DNA of 51,980 bases from Candidatus Gallacutalibacter pullistercoris (GCA_018710915.1 DVIY01000014.1:1-51980), one strand, 5' to 3'. Positions 17,918 to 26,135 are shown, counted from the stretch's first letter. Notes: a model not told the origin generated them from the sequence alone. Translations and numbers: made by a program.

Positions 17918-17947
17918 GTCTTTTCCAAACAGCAAATTGGAAAAGAC
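17918..17947. promoter_or_regulatory. Perfect 11-bp inverted repeat in the fba 5' UTR
   Basis: gtcttttccaa acagcaaa ttggaaaagac. It lies 25-55 nt upstream of the fba ATG and downstream of the predicted promoter. Confidence 0.5.
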
Positions 17948-17975
17948 AATAAATTAACAGAAAATAACTGAAAAC

Positions 17976-18004
17976 ATTATATCCTATTTACCGTCGAAAA
18001 TCAA
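17976..18004 (-). promoter_or_regulatory. Sigma-A promoter of fba
   Basis: Minus strand TTGATT-N17-TATAAT. Confidence 0.6.
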
Positions 18005-18053
18005 GGGCGGCAGCCGATTTCAAAGATAAAGAACAATTTTTTATCTTTCTCTC

Positions 18054-18548
18054 TCAGCAGGCATAGGTTTCTTCACTTTGCTGTGCGGCATCCGCCTTCA
18101 TCTGCTTGGCAAAAATCAGGCGGAACAAAAAACGCGCCAGCGGGCCGCAGTACAAAAGCTGCCAGAGCAGTGCCATGGGCAGGTTACAGCCAAAGGTCTG
18201 AATCCAGGTTCCAAAGCTGGGCTCTTTAAACAGCAGTGTTGCAATCAGGCTCATAGTGGGGCACATAATGCAGACAATCATGGTGGAAATCGCATAGGTA
18301 ATCAATTGAGGACGATCTGTGGGACGCATAAAAGAAAAAGCCAGGCGGGCTGCCAGTTTTTCCACCACAAAGAACTCCAGTACAAAGGCAATAGGCACCA
18401 TGATGGGCATTTCATGGAGTGCCAGCAGGAAAGTCTCGTTGGTAACGCCTCCAGTGTTTAAAGCCACATTGTAGACGATCATCCCATACACCATAATACA
18501 GGCCATGATGACAGTGAATACAACATTTTGAAATTTTGTCTTGGGCAT
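18054..18548 (-). CDS. DUF2798-type small membrane protein
   Basis: MPKTKFQNVVFTVIMACIMVYGMIVYNVALN..., two similar halves with four TM segments. ATG at 18548 follows AAAGGAG. The ORF track extends it to 18653. Confidence 0.6.
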   Translation of the reverse strand: MPKTKFQNVVFTVIMACIMVYGMIVYNVALNTGGVTNETFLLALHEMPIMVPIAFVLEFFVVEKLAARLAFSFMRPTDRPQLITYAISTMIVCIMCPTMSLIATLLFKEPSFGTWIQTFGCNLPMALLWQLLYCGPLARFLFRLIFAKQMKADAAQQSEETYAC

Positions 18549-18586
18549 AACAGGTACTCCTTTTCTCATTTCCTTATTTGGCGCAC

Positions 18587-18631
18587 ACAAAAAAAGAAAC
18601 GGCAGCGGAACTTTCGTCTCGCTGCCGTTTC
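18587..18631 (-). terminator. Rho-independent terminator after the ABC-F gene
   Basis: Minus strand gaaacggcagcg-(12 nt)-cgctgccgtttc followed by tttttttg. Confidence 0.85.
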
Positions 18632-18682
18632 TTCCACGGTGACTACCATTCATTGGTATTGATTATAACACATCTTTTCTCT

Positions 18683-20470
18683 TTATGTAAGGGCTTTCGC
18701 AGCATTTATTTTTTCTGCCAACTCATTAAGGTATACCCAGCGCTCGGTTTTCTCGTCCAGCCTGGCTTCCAGTTCCTCTTTTTCCGCCAGCAGGCCGGGC
18801 AGCAAGTCGAACCGGGAAGCGTTTTCCTCGATTTCCCGCTCCTTCTTAGCAATAGCCTCTTCCAAAGCGGCGATATCGCCGTCGATAGTCTCGAACTCCC
18901 GCTGCTCTTTAAAGGAAAATTTCAGCTTTGGTTCCCGCTTGGGCTTTTCTTTCTTTTTGGGTGCCTCCCTGGATTCTGTTTCCGGCTGAGGCGCTGCGGC
19001 GCGGTAATCGGTATAGCCGCCCAGATAAGGAGTCAGCGTGCCGTCCGGCTCAAACACAAACACATGCTCTGCCATGCGGTCAAGGAAATACCGGTCATGG
19101 GAAACCGACACCACCGCACCGGAAAAGCTGTCTAGGTAATCCTCCAGAATGGTCAGGGTCTGGATATCCAAATCGTTGGTAGGTTCGTCCAGCAGCAGGA
19201 TATTGGGAGCGGTCATGAGGATGCACAGCAGGTACAGCCGCCGTTTCTCTCCACCGGAAAGCCTGCCTACCGGCGCATGCTGCATGGCTCCGGGGAACAG
19301 GAAATTTTCCAGCATCTGGGAAGCAGTCAACGTTCCCTCGGGAGTCTCGGCCTGCCAGGCAATATCCCGGATGGTATCCAGTACGGTTTTGTTGTTATCC
19401 AGCCCCTCACACTCCTGAGAGAAATAACCGATTTTTACGGTTTCGCCGATGCGTACCTCGCCGCTGTCCGGCTGGACAATGCCCTGCATCACCCGCAAAA
19501 GGGTGGTTTTGCCGCAGCCGTTGGGGCCGATAATGCCCAGCCTGTCCCGGCGCAAAAGGTTATAGGAGAAATCGTGGAACAGCACTTTGTCCCCATAGGC
19601 TTTGGAAACATTGTCGATTTCCACAATCTTTTTGCCAAGCCGTGTCTGTAAGGAAGAAAGCTCCAGTTCCTGCTCCGGAACGGGGGTTTTGGCTGCATCT
19701 TTCAGCTCTTCAAACCGATTGACCCGGAACTGGGCTTTGGTGGTTCTGGCCCGTGCGCCCCGGTGAATCCATTCCAGCTCCTTGCGGTACAGGGCTTTTT
19801 TCTTCCGCAGGGAAGCGGCCGCCATGGCCTCTTTTTCCGCCTTCAGTTCCAGATATTTGCTGTAGTTGGCGGGATAGGGGGTTAAAATGCCGTTGTCCAG
19901 TTCTACCATGCGGTTGCACACCCGCTCCAAAAAATACCGGTCATGGGTAACCATGAGCAGTGCGCCCCGATATCCGGCCAGATACGTTTCCAGCCATTCC
20001 ACGGTGGCGCTGTCGATGTGGTTGGTGGGCTCGTCCAGAATGAGCAGCTCCACCTGCCCGGCCAGCGCGGCCGCCATGGCGACCCGCTTTTTCTGCCCGC
20101 CAGAAAGGGTAGACACATCCTTCTCAAAATCCGTGATTCCCAGCCGGGTCAGCATGGCCCGGCACTCAAACTCTGCGGATTCTTTCTGATTTTGCGCGGC
20201 ATGGCGGAGCACCTCCTGCCAAACAGTGGTACCGGGGGTAAAATCCGGGCTTTGGGGAAGATATCCCACCCTCATTCCGGAAGCAGTGATGCGTTTGCCG
20301 CTGTCGGATTCCTCGATGCCGGCGCACACCCGCAAAAAGGTGGATTTTCCGGTACCGTTCACACCAATCACACCGATGCGGTCGCCGGTTTCAATGGTCA
20401 GGTCTATATGGTCCATCAGCGGCTTTATGCCGTAATTTTTTGTAATCTGTTCCAGTGTTAAAACAATCAT
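18683..20470 (-). CDS. ABC-F family ATPase: two ABC domains, no TM domain, C-terminal coiled coil (Uup/YfmR-like)
   Basis: 595 aa. Walker A GVNGTGKST and GPNGCGKTT. Signatures LSGGQKKR and LSGGEKRR. Lys/Glu-rich C-terminal tail. Confidence 0.85.
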   Translation of the reverse strand: MIVLTLEQITKNYGIKPLMDHIDLTIETGDRIGVIGVNGTGKSTFLRVCAGIEESDSGKRITASGMRVGYLPQSPDFTPGTTVWQEVLRHAAQNQKESAEFECRAMLTRLGITDFEKDVSTLSGGQKKRVAMAAALAGQVELLILDEPTNHIDSATVEWLETYLAGYRGALLMVTHDRYFLERVCNRMVELDNGILTPYPANYSKYLELKAEKEAMAAASLRKKKALYRKELEWIHRGARARTTKAQFRVNRFEELKDAAKTPVPEQELELSSLQTRLGKKIVEIDNVSKAYGDKVLFHDFSYNLLRRDRLGIIGPNGCGKTTLLRVMQGIVQPDSGEVRIGETVKIGYFSQECEGLDNNKTVLDTIRDIAWQAETPEGTLTASQMLENFLFPGAMQHAPVGRLSGGEKRRLYLLCILMTAPNILLLDEPTNDLDIQTLTILEDYLDSFSGAVVSVSHDRYFLDRMAEHVFVFEPDGTLTPYLGGYTDYRAAAPQPETESREAPKKKEKPKREPKLKFSFKEQREFETIDGDIAALEEAIAKKEREIEENASRFDLLPGLLAEKEELEARLDEKTERWVYLNELAEKINAAKALT

Positions 20471-20492
20471 GGGGTTTCCTTTCTATACGCCA

Positions 20493-20957
20493 TTATGATT
20501 TTCTTCTCAATTCCCGTGCTTTTGCTCCCAGCCGCATAGCGGAGGATACCAGCAGAATTCCCAGCGCCAGAGAGCCGGCTATTCCCAAAGTAGACAGCAG
20601 ACTTTCCAGAAACAGCTCCGTTTCCCCGTTGATTCCGTGTTCCATGGTGTAGTAAATGCCGCCGCCGGGGACCAATGGGAACAAAGCAATAAGCAAAAAG
20701 ACCGTTACCGGCGTTTTCGTCACCCTGGCCATGATCTCGCAATACAGCGATAACGCCACTGCCGCCAGAAAATAGGAAGCGATACTGGGCAGAAAAGCCG
20801 AACACAGCAGATAGACCCCCCAGGAAATCCCGCCGCCGATACCCACCGGAATCAGGCGTTTTCCCTGAATATTAAAGATAATAGAGTACCCGATGCAGCC
20901 GATAAAGCTGTAGAGGCAAGGCAGCAGCCCATCTTTTAAAATTGCAGTCCAATCCAT
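20493..20957 (-). CDS. Threonine/serine exporter family protein, small subunit (ThrE_2/YjjB-like)
   Basis: 154-aa polytopic membrane protein directly downstream of the ThrE-like large subunit. Confidence 0.65.
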   Translation of the reverse strand: MDWTAILKDGLLPCLYSFIGCIGYSIIFNIQGKRLIPVGIGGGISWGVYLLCSAFLPSIASYFLAAVALSLYCEIMARVTKTPVTVFLLIALFPLVPGGGIYYTMEHGINGETELFLESLLSTLGIAGSLALGILLVSSAMRLGAKARELRRKS

Positions 20958-20967
20958 AGCTGCCTCC

Positions 20968-21729
20968 TTATAGTCCGGGAATCAGGCGCGCGCCATATAC
21001 CGCCATGACAGCGCCCAGGGCGATAAATACGGCGATGAGGAACACCTCTGCAATTTTGGAAACGCCGGACATCAAATCCCCGGCTAAAATATCCCGGATG
21101 CAGTTGGTGAGGGCAATGCCCGGCACCAGGTTCATGAGCACGCCGATGATGACCTTATCCGCGTTGCTTGCCAACCCAAGTTTCACAGAAAGGATGGCCA
21201 GCGTGCCGATGAGGAAGCTCTCTGCCATCAAAGAGAAAAACTGATTGGCTTCCAGCTTGTTCAGAAGGTATTGCAATAGACATACCACAACAGCCGTAGG
21301 GAATGCGCAGGCTGCGTCGAAGAAATCCCCGCCGAATATCAGGGCGAAGGTAAAGCCCACCAAAGCCCAGCCCAAGCAGGTAACGGGCAGGGAGTACACC
21401 GGACGCCCGGGAATTTTGGAGAGCTCTTCCCGGATGGCGGAAAATTCCGGTTTTTCCCGGCATATCCGGCGGCACAGGTCGTTAACGGCCATGACCTTAT
21501 CAAAATCGGTTCCGCGGGAACGCACCCGGACCCCTTTGGAGATATTTTCCCCTTCGGGGGTAACAATCGTGGCAATAATGGTGGTGGGGACACAATAGAC
21601 TTGGCCACTGACGTTATAGGCGGCAAAAACCCGTTCCATAGATTCTTCTACTCGGTAAATTTCTGCGCCGTTTTGCAGGAGCAGGCGCCCGATATCGGAA
21701 GAAAGGTTGAGTAACTCGTGATAATCCAA
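20968..21729 (-). CDS. Threonine/serine exporter family protein, large subunit (ThrE/YjjP-like)
   Basis: 253 aa. Soluble N-domain (LLQNGAEIYRVEESMERV) followed by five TM segments. Pairs with the downstream small subunit. Confidence 0.7.
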   Translation of the reverse strand: MDYHELLNLSSDIGRLLLQNGAEIYRVEESMERVFAAYNVSGQVYCVPTTIIATIVTPEGENISKGVRVRSRGTDFDKVMAVNDLCRRICREKPEFSAIREELSKIPGRPVYSLPVTCLGWALVGFTFALIFGGDFFDAACAFPTAVVVCLLQYLLNKLEANQFFSLMAESFLIGTLAILSVKLGLASNADKVIIGVLMNLVPGIALTNCIRDILAGDLMSGVSKIAEVFLIAVFIALGAVMAVYGARLIPGL

Positions 21730-21768
21730 TGAAAAAACCTCTTTACTAAAAAAATAGCAGGGTAAAAA

Positions 21769-21840
21769 CTTGGCGCGGATTGCTTACAGAGTCCAGAGAG
21801 ACGTATCCCCTTTGGAAACCGTAAGACACTCCGCGCCAAG
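21769..21840. repeat. 72-bp long imperfect hairpin with perfect 11-bp terminal arms
   Basis: cttggcgcgga (21769-21779) / tccgcgccaag (21830-21840). Inner pairings are cttac/gtaag and tcca/tgga. It sits in the divergent thrE-panT intergenic region. Confidence 0.8.
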
Positions 21841-21880
21841 TATACCACATTTTCTGTTTTGAAACAATCCACTCCCCTTC

Positions 21881-21909
21881 TTGCATTTCCAGCCCTAATC
21901 TCTTATAAT
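21881..21909 (+). promoter_or_regulatory. Sigma-A promoter of the panT-coaX operon
   Basis: TTGCAT-N17-TATAAT. It leaves a leader of about 130 nt before the ATG at 22045. Confidence 0.65.
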
Positions 21910-22044
21910 ATAGCCGGAAGCCCCTTCTTTTCCCCGTGCCCCGGAACTGCTTGCAGAACGGTAACGCACCTATGGGAAATCCGGTGTGCTTCCCCCAAAA
22001 TAACGCGCTGCATCCTTACCGGAGCAGCAGCAGGAGGAATTTTT

Positions 22045-22743
22045 ATGAAAAACAAAACATCCACCCGAAGCCGCGGACTGTTCCACAAGGACAATATGCA
22101 GGACACCATTCTGCTCTGTCTCTTCATCGCCATTATCCTGGTGCTGGCCTTTACTCCGCTGGGCATGATCCAGCTGCCTCTCATTAAGGCTACGATTCTG
22201 CACGTGCCCGTTATCATCGGCTCTGTTCTGTTTGGGCCCAAAAAGGGCGCGGTGCTGGGCTTCCTTTTCGGCCTGTGCAGCTTCGTCAGCAACACCTTTA
22301 CGCCCACCGCCCTGTCCTTTGCCTTTTCTCCCCTGATTCCCGCACCGGGTACCGACAGCGGCAGCTGGTGGGCTCTTGTGGTCTGCTTTATTCCTCGGAT
22401 TCTGGTTGGCGTTCTGCCCTGGTTTATGTTCCAGCTGCTCCGCCTTCCCTTTAAAAAGGAAAACTATCAGCTGCGCACCATCCAGCTGGTCATTACCGGC
22501 GCGGTAGGGGCTTTTATCAATACTGCTTTTGTCATGGGTCTGATTTTCGTCCTGTTCCGTGACGCCTATGCAGCTCTCAAAGGCGTGGGTGTAGACGCCG
22601 TATTGGGCCTGATTATGGGCGTGGTAGCCGCCAACGGCGTGCCGGAGGCTATTGCCGCCGCTGTGCTCACTGGCGCTGTGTGCCTGCCCATGCAGAAGCT
22701 CATGAAGCGTGACCCGCTGAAAAACGGCGCTCCCAGAAAATAA
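22045..22743 (+). CDS. panT: ECF transporter S component. The pantothenate-specific PanT assignment rests on context only.
   Basis: ATG at 22045 follows AGGAGG. The ORF track extends upstream to 21859. About 230 aa with six TM segments (LLCLFIAIILVLAFTPLGMIQLPLIKATILHVPVIIGSVLFGPKKGAVLGF). Two coaX genes follow directly. Confidence 0.65.
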   Translation: MKNKTSTRSRGLFHKDNMQDTILLCLFIAIILVLAFTPLGMIQLPLIKATILHVPVIIGSVLFGPKKGAVLGFLFGLCSFVSNTFTPTALSFAFSPLIPAPGTDSGSWWALVVCFIPRILVGVLPWFMFQLLRLPFKKENYQLRTIQLVITGAVGAFINTAFVMGLIFVLFRDAYAALKGVGVDAVLGLIMGVVAANGVPEAIAAAVLTGAVCLPMQKLMKRDPLKNGAPRK

Positions 22744-22765
22744 GCTATACCGAGGTGTCAATACT

Positions 22766-23572
22766 ATGATCGTCGCCATTGATATGGGCAACACCAATGC
22801 GGTCATCGGCTGCATGGAAGGAGAAAAGCTGATCTTTACTTCCCACATCAGCACCGATCGCTCCAAAACGGTAGATGAATACGCCCTGCTTTTCAAAGGG
22901 ATTTTTGAAATGAATCATATCGACCCCAAAAAATTGGCCGGAGGGATTATTTCTTCTGTGGTGCCCATGCTGCGCCCGGTGCTTCGTGACGCGGTACAGG
23001 TACTCACCGGGAAAAAACCGCTGTTGGTGGGAGCTGGAGTCAAGACCGGTTTGAATATCAAAATCGATAACCCTGCCCAGCTGGGCGGCGATCTGGTAGT
23101 GGCAGCAGTGGCAGCCTGTGCGAAATATCCCCGTCCTATCGTGATTTTTGACATGGGAACCGCCACTACAGCATCTGTCATCGACCAGAACGGCAGCTAT
23201 TTAGGCGGTATGATTATCCCCGGCCTGCGAGTTGCAGTGGATGCCCTTTCGGCAAGGGCTTCCCAGCTGCCGCTGAATATCAGCCTCGAAGCACCGGATC
23301 ATCTGATCGGTACCAACACCATCGACTGTATGCGCTCCGGAGCGATTTATGGCAACGCCGCCATGATTGACGGAATTATTGACCGGGTGGAAGATGAACT
23401 GGGTGCTCCAGTCACGGCAGTGGCTACCGGAAACCTGATCTCTCTGGTAACACCCTATTGTGAAAGAAGAATTCATGAAGAACCGAACCTGCTGCTGCGG
23501 GGGCTGGGGCTTCTTTACGAAAAGAACTGCCGGAAACCTTCTGAACCGGCTTTCCGGGGGGTGAACCCGTGA
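22766..23572 (+). CDS. coaX: Type III pantothenate kinase, paralog 1 (variant G-G-D-L in place of G-x-D-R)
   Basis: MIVAIDMGNTNAVIG, FDMGTATTASV and IGTNT motifs. 268 aa. Confidence 0.85.
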   Translation: MIVAIDMGNTNAVIGCMEGEKLIFTSHISTDRSKTVDEYALLFKGIFEMNHIDPKKLAGGIISSVVPMLRPVLRDAVQVLTGKKPLLVGAGVKTGLNIKIDNPAQLGGDLVVAAVAACAKYPRPIVIFDMGTATTASVIDQNGSYLGGMIIPGLRVAVDALSARASQLPLNISLEAPDHLIGTNTIDCMRSGAIYGNAAMIDGIIDRVEDELGAPVTAVATGNLISLVTPYCERRIHEEPNLLLRGLGLLYEKNCRKPSEPAFRGVNP

Positions 23573-24363
23573 TTTTAGCGGTTGATATTGGAAATACACA
23601 AATTGTAGTTGGCTGCCTGGAAGGCGAAAAGTTGATTTCCTCCTTCCGGCTTGCAACCGACCGTTCCCGTACAGCAGAGGAATACACCCTGCTCCTTTCC
23701 GGAATTTTTGCCATGAGGGGCATTGCCACCGAAAATATTGACGGCGGCATTGTGTCTTCGGTGGTGCCGGTTCTCCGCCCGGTATTCCGCGACGCTATGG
23801 AAAAGATTACCGGAAAACGCCCGCTGGTAGTAGGGGCTGGAGTAAAAACCGGTCTGAATATCAAAACTGACATTCCCGCCCAGGTAGGCAGCGACCGCAT
23901 TGTGGATGCAGTGGCGGCCTGTGCCAAATATCCGCTCCCCATCATGATCGTGGATATGGGCACTTCCAGTACTATTTCTGTGATTGATAAAAACAAAAAC
24001 TTTCTGGGCGGCATGATTATTCCCGGATTGCGGCTGGCAGTAGACGCTCTTTCCGCCCGGGCTTCCCAGCTGCCCCAGAATATCAGCCTGGAGCCGCCGG
24101 AAAAAATGATTGGCACCAATACGCTGGACTGTATGAAATCCGGTTCCGTCTATGGCAGCGCCGCCATGCTGGACGGACTGATTGCCAGAGTCGAGCGCGA
24201 AATGGGAGAAGCGGTCACGGTAGTTGCAACCGGCGGAAATATTTCCATGGTAGCGCCTCTTTGCCGGAAAAAGCTCCACGTAGAGCCGGATCTGCTGCTG
24301 CATGGCCTGCGGATTTTGTATGAGAAAAACTGTGGTCGGGAGTCAAAACATGAATCGCGATAG
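23569..24363 (+). CDS. coaX: Type III pantothenate kinase, paralog 2 (canonical motifs)
   Basis: GTG start overlapping the paralog 1 stop (GTGA at 23569-23572). MILAVDIGNTQIVVG, VGSDRIVDAVAA, VDMGTSSTISV, IGTNT. 264 aa. Confidence 0.88.
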   Translation: MILAVDIGNTQIVVGCLEGEKLISSFRLATDRSRTAEEYTLLLSGIFAMRGIATENIDGGIVSSVVPVLRPVFRDAMEKITGKRPLVVGAGVKTGLNIKTDIPAQVGSDRIVDAVAACAKYPLPIMIVDMGTSSTISVIDKNKNFLGGMIIPGLRLAVDALSARASQLPQNISLEPPEKMIGTNTLDCMKSGSVYGSAAMLDGLIARVEREMGEAVTVVATGGNISMVAPLCRKKLHVEPDLLLHGLRILYEKNCGRESKHESR

Positions 24364-25093
24364 AATTCTTGAAAGGATACAGCATCTTTTGGAAGCGTAT
24401 CATAATGGACTGTTGGGTGGCGAAAAGATGCCCGAAGATGAAAATCCGGCCCTTCCCAGAGATTCAAAAGAAAACTATCTTTATTTCACACTACCTATGG
24501 CACTCAATTACCAGAGAAATTCTTACACACTATGGGAATGTGCCAATCGCATGTATGGGGACAATTACGCCCGAAAAGTGTTTGATAGCCGCTCTGTTTG
24601 TGAGATGGATGAAGAAGAACTTCGGCAAATTTTGGTGAAATATCGAGTGGCATTGCAGCCAAACCGTCATCCTGCTATTTGGCACACCCTTTGCCAGACC
24701 ATTGAAAACCGACTGGACGGGGATATTCGTACTTTATTTTGGCAAAATGATTGCTCGGTGCAGAAAATCAAAGAGTTCATTCAACAGCACAAAAAAGAGT
24801 TCCCCTATCTTGGCGGAAATAAAATTTGCAATTACTGGTTGTATGTCATTGGACAACGTACTGACATGGAATTTTGCGATTGGGAAGCTCTTTCGATTGC
24901 ACCGGATACACATGTAATTCAGGCAAGTGTACGCTTGGGAATTCTCACCGGTGAAGAAGCAGAACACCCGGATGCACAGCTTATTACTGCCGAGCGGTGG
25001 AAAGAATTGCTTGTCGGAAGCGACTTTATTCCTATCGCACTTCATACGCCACTGTGGCTTTGGAGCCGGGGAAAATTTACAATAGATATATAG
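24350..25093 (+). CDS. Hypothetical protein with HhH-GPD (endonuclease III-like) superfamily features
   Basis: ATG at 24350 follows GGGAG and overlaps the coaX2 end by 14 nt. YLGGNKICNYWLYV resembles the HhH G-x-G-x-K-x-A-N loop. IAPDTHVIQASVRLGIL resembles the EndoIII VDTHVxRVxxRLG segment. No Cys cluster. Confidence 0.45.
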   Translation: MNRDRILERIQHLLEAYHNGLLGGEKMPEDENPALPRDSKENYLYFTLPMALNYQRNSYTLWECANRMYGDNYARKVFDSRSVCEMDEEELRQILVKYRVALQPNRHPAIWHTLCQTIENRLDGDIRTLFWQNDCSVQKIKEFIQQHKKEFPYLGGNKICNYWLYVIGQRTDMEFCDWEALSIAPDTHVIQASVRLGILTGEEAEHPDAQLITAERWKELLVGSDFIPIALHTPLWLWSRGKFTIDI

Positions 25094-25097
25094 GAGC

Positions 25098-25134
25098 AAA
25101 AAGCGCCCAATCTGTTTTCGGGCGCTTTTCATTT
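25098..25134 (+). terminator. Rho-independent terminator after the panT-coaX-coaX-HhH unit
   Basis: aaaaGCGCCC-(11 nt)-GGGCGCtttt c attt. Confidence 0.75.
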
Positions 25135-25159
25135 ATCAAAATATACGGGAGGAGAAAAA

Positions 25160-26071
25160 ATGATAACCAATAAATTGCGCATTGCTGTAGTTCAGAAACG
25201 TCGCGACCCCTATGACCGTGATAAAAACACACAGCTTGGAATTTCCTGTATGCGGGAAGCCAAAAACATGGGGGCTGATCTGGTCCTTTTTCCCGAATGT
25301 TGGATTACCGGATATGAATTTCCTGAATTTGATGACAGTATCCCCATAGAAGAAATCGAAAAAACTGAGGTGTTTCGCAAATGGGCAGCTTCTGCTATGG
25401 AAGAGGATGACCCTCATCTGTTGGCTTTTCAAAAAGCTGCCCAGGAAATGGAAATCGGTGTTATCATTACCGGATATACCAAAGGCAACCACCGCCCCCG
25501 CAACACCGCATTCCTGATTGACCGCAGCGGAAAAATCCTTCTAAAATACAGCAAGGTACATACCTGCGATTTTTCCAGTGAACGCATGTTGGAAAGCGGG
25601 GATGAATTTTTTGCAGCGGAATTCGAGGGAGTAAAGATCGGCATTATGATCTGTTATGACCGCGAATATCCCGAAAGCGCACGTGTCCTGATGATGAAGG
25701 GAGCAGAAATCATTCTGGTTCCCAACGACTGCTCTGAGATGTTTCATCGGGTGAATGCACTTTCTACCCGAGCCTATGAGAATATGACGGGTGTTGTTAT
25801 GGCCAATCCGCCCGGAAAGAGGATGGGACATTCCTGTGCATTAAGCCCTATTATCTGGGATGATAACGGAGAACGGGACAACCGTATTTTTGTAGCCGGT
25901 GAAGAGGAAGAAAAAATCTTTCTTGCAGAATTTGATCTGTCAGAACTGCGTGATTATCGTGAAAACGAGATGATGGGCAACACTTTTCGAAAGGTAAAAG
26001 CCTATGCAGAACTGATGAATGAGGAAATCAAACCGCCCTTTATTCGGCAGCATCAAAAGCCGAAACAGTAA
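25160..26071 (+). CDS. Carbon-nitrogen hydrolase (nitrilase superfamily) protein
   Basis: Glu-Lys-Cys triad contexts LVLFPECWITGY, KYSKVH and IMICYDREYPE. 303 aa. GGGAGGAG RBS. Confidence 0.85.
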   Translation: MITNKLRIAVVQKRRDPYDRDKNTQLGISCMREAKNMGADLVLFPECWITGYEFPEFDDSIPIEEIEKTEVFRKWAASAMEEDDPHLLAFQKAAQEMEIGVIITGYTKGNHRPRNTAFLIDRSGKILLKYSKVHTCDFSSERMLESGDEFFAAEFEGVKIGIMICYDREYPESARVLMMKGAEIILVPNDCSEMFHRVNALSTRAYENMTGVVMANPPGKRMGHSCALSPIIWDDNGERDNRIFVAGEEEEKIFLAEFDLSELRDYRENEMMGNTFRKVKAYAELMNEEIKPPFIRQHQKPKQ

Positions 26072-26089
26072 TTACGTTTTGTGGACATC

Positions 26090-26126
26090 AAAAAAGCCTG
26101 CTCCCTTTGGGAACAGGCTTTTCTTT
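26090..26126. terminator. Bidirectional terminator between the convergent CN-hydrolase and rplQ genes
   Basis: aaaaaa GCCTGCTCCC ttt GGGAACAGGC ttttcttt. Confidence 0.8.
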
Positions 26127-26135
26127 ATCTGAAAA

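Noticed and set aside
18683-20470. Considered whether the ABC-F protein is an antibiotic-resistance (ARE) ABC-F
   Set aside because: This cannot be decided by eye. The long C-terminal coiled-coil tail and housekeeping context (co-oriented with thrE genes, own terminator) look more like Uup/YfmR-type housekeeping factors. No resistance claim is made.
21970-22896. 308-aa minus-strand ORF opposite panT. Similar antisense ORFs occur at 5751-6572 (opposite ecfT), 15209-15967 (opposite ypeB), 23424-24303 (opposite coaX) and 30446-31219 (opposite adk).
   Set aside because: All are antisense to genes with clear family motifs and lack RBS and motifs of their own.
25160-26071. Annotating the CN-hydrolase as a pantetheinase or beta-ureidopropionase
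   Set aside because: Only the generic E-K-C triad is visible, and a terminator separates it from the coaX operon. The specific activity is mentioned only as a hypothesis in the findings.
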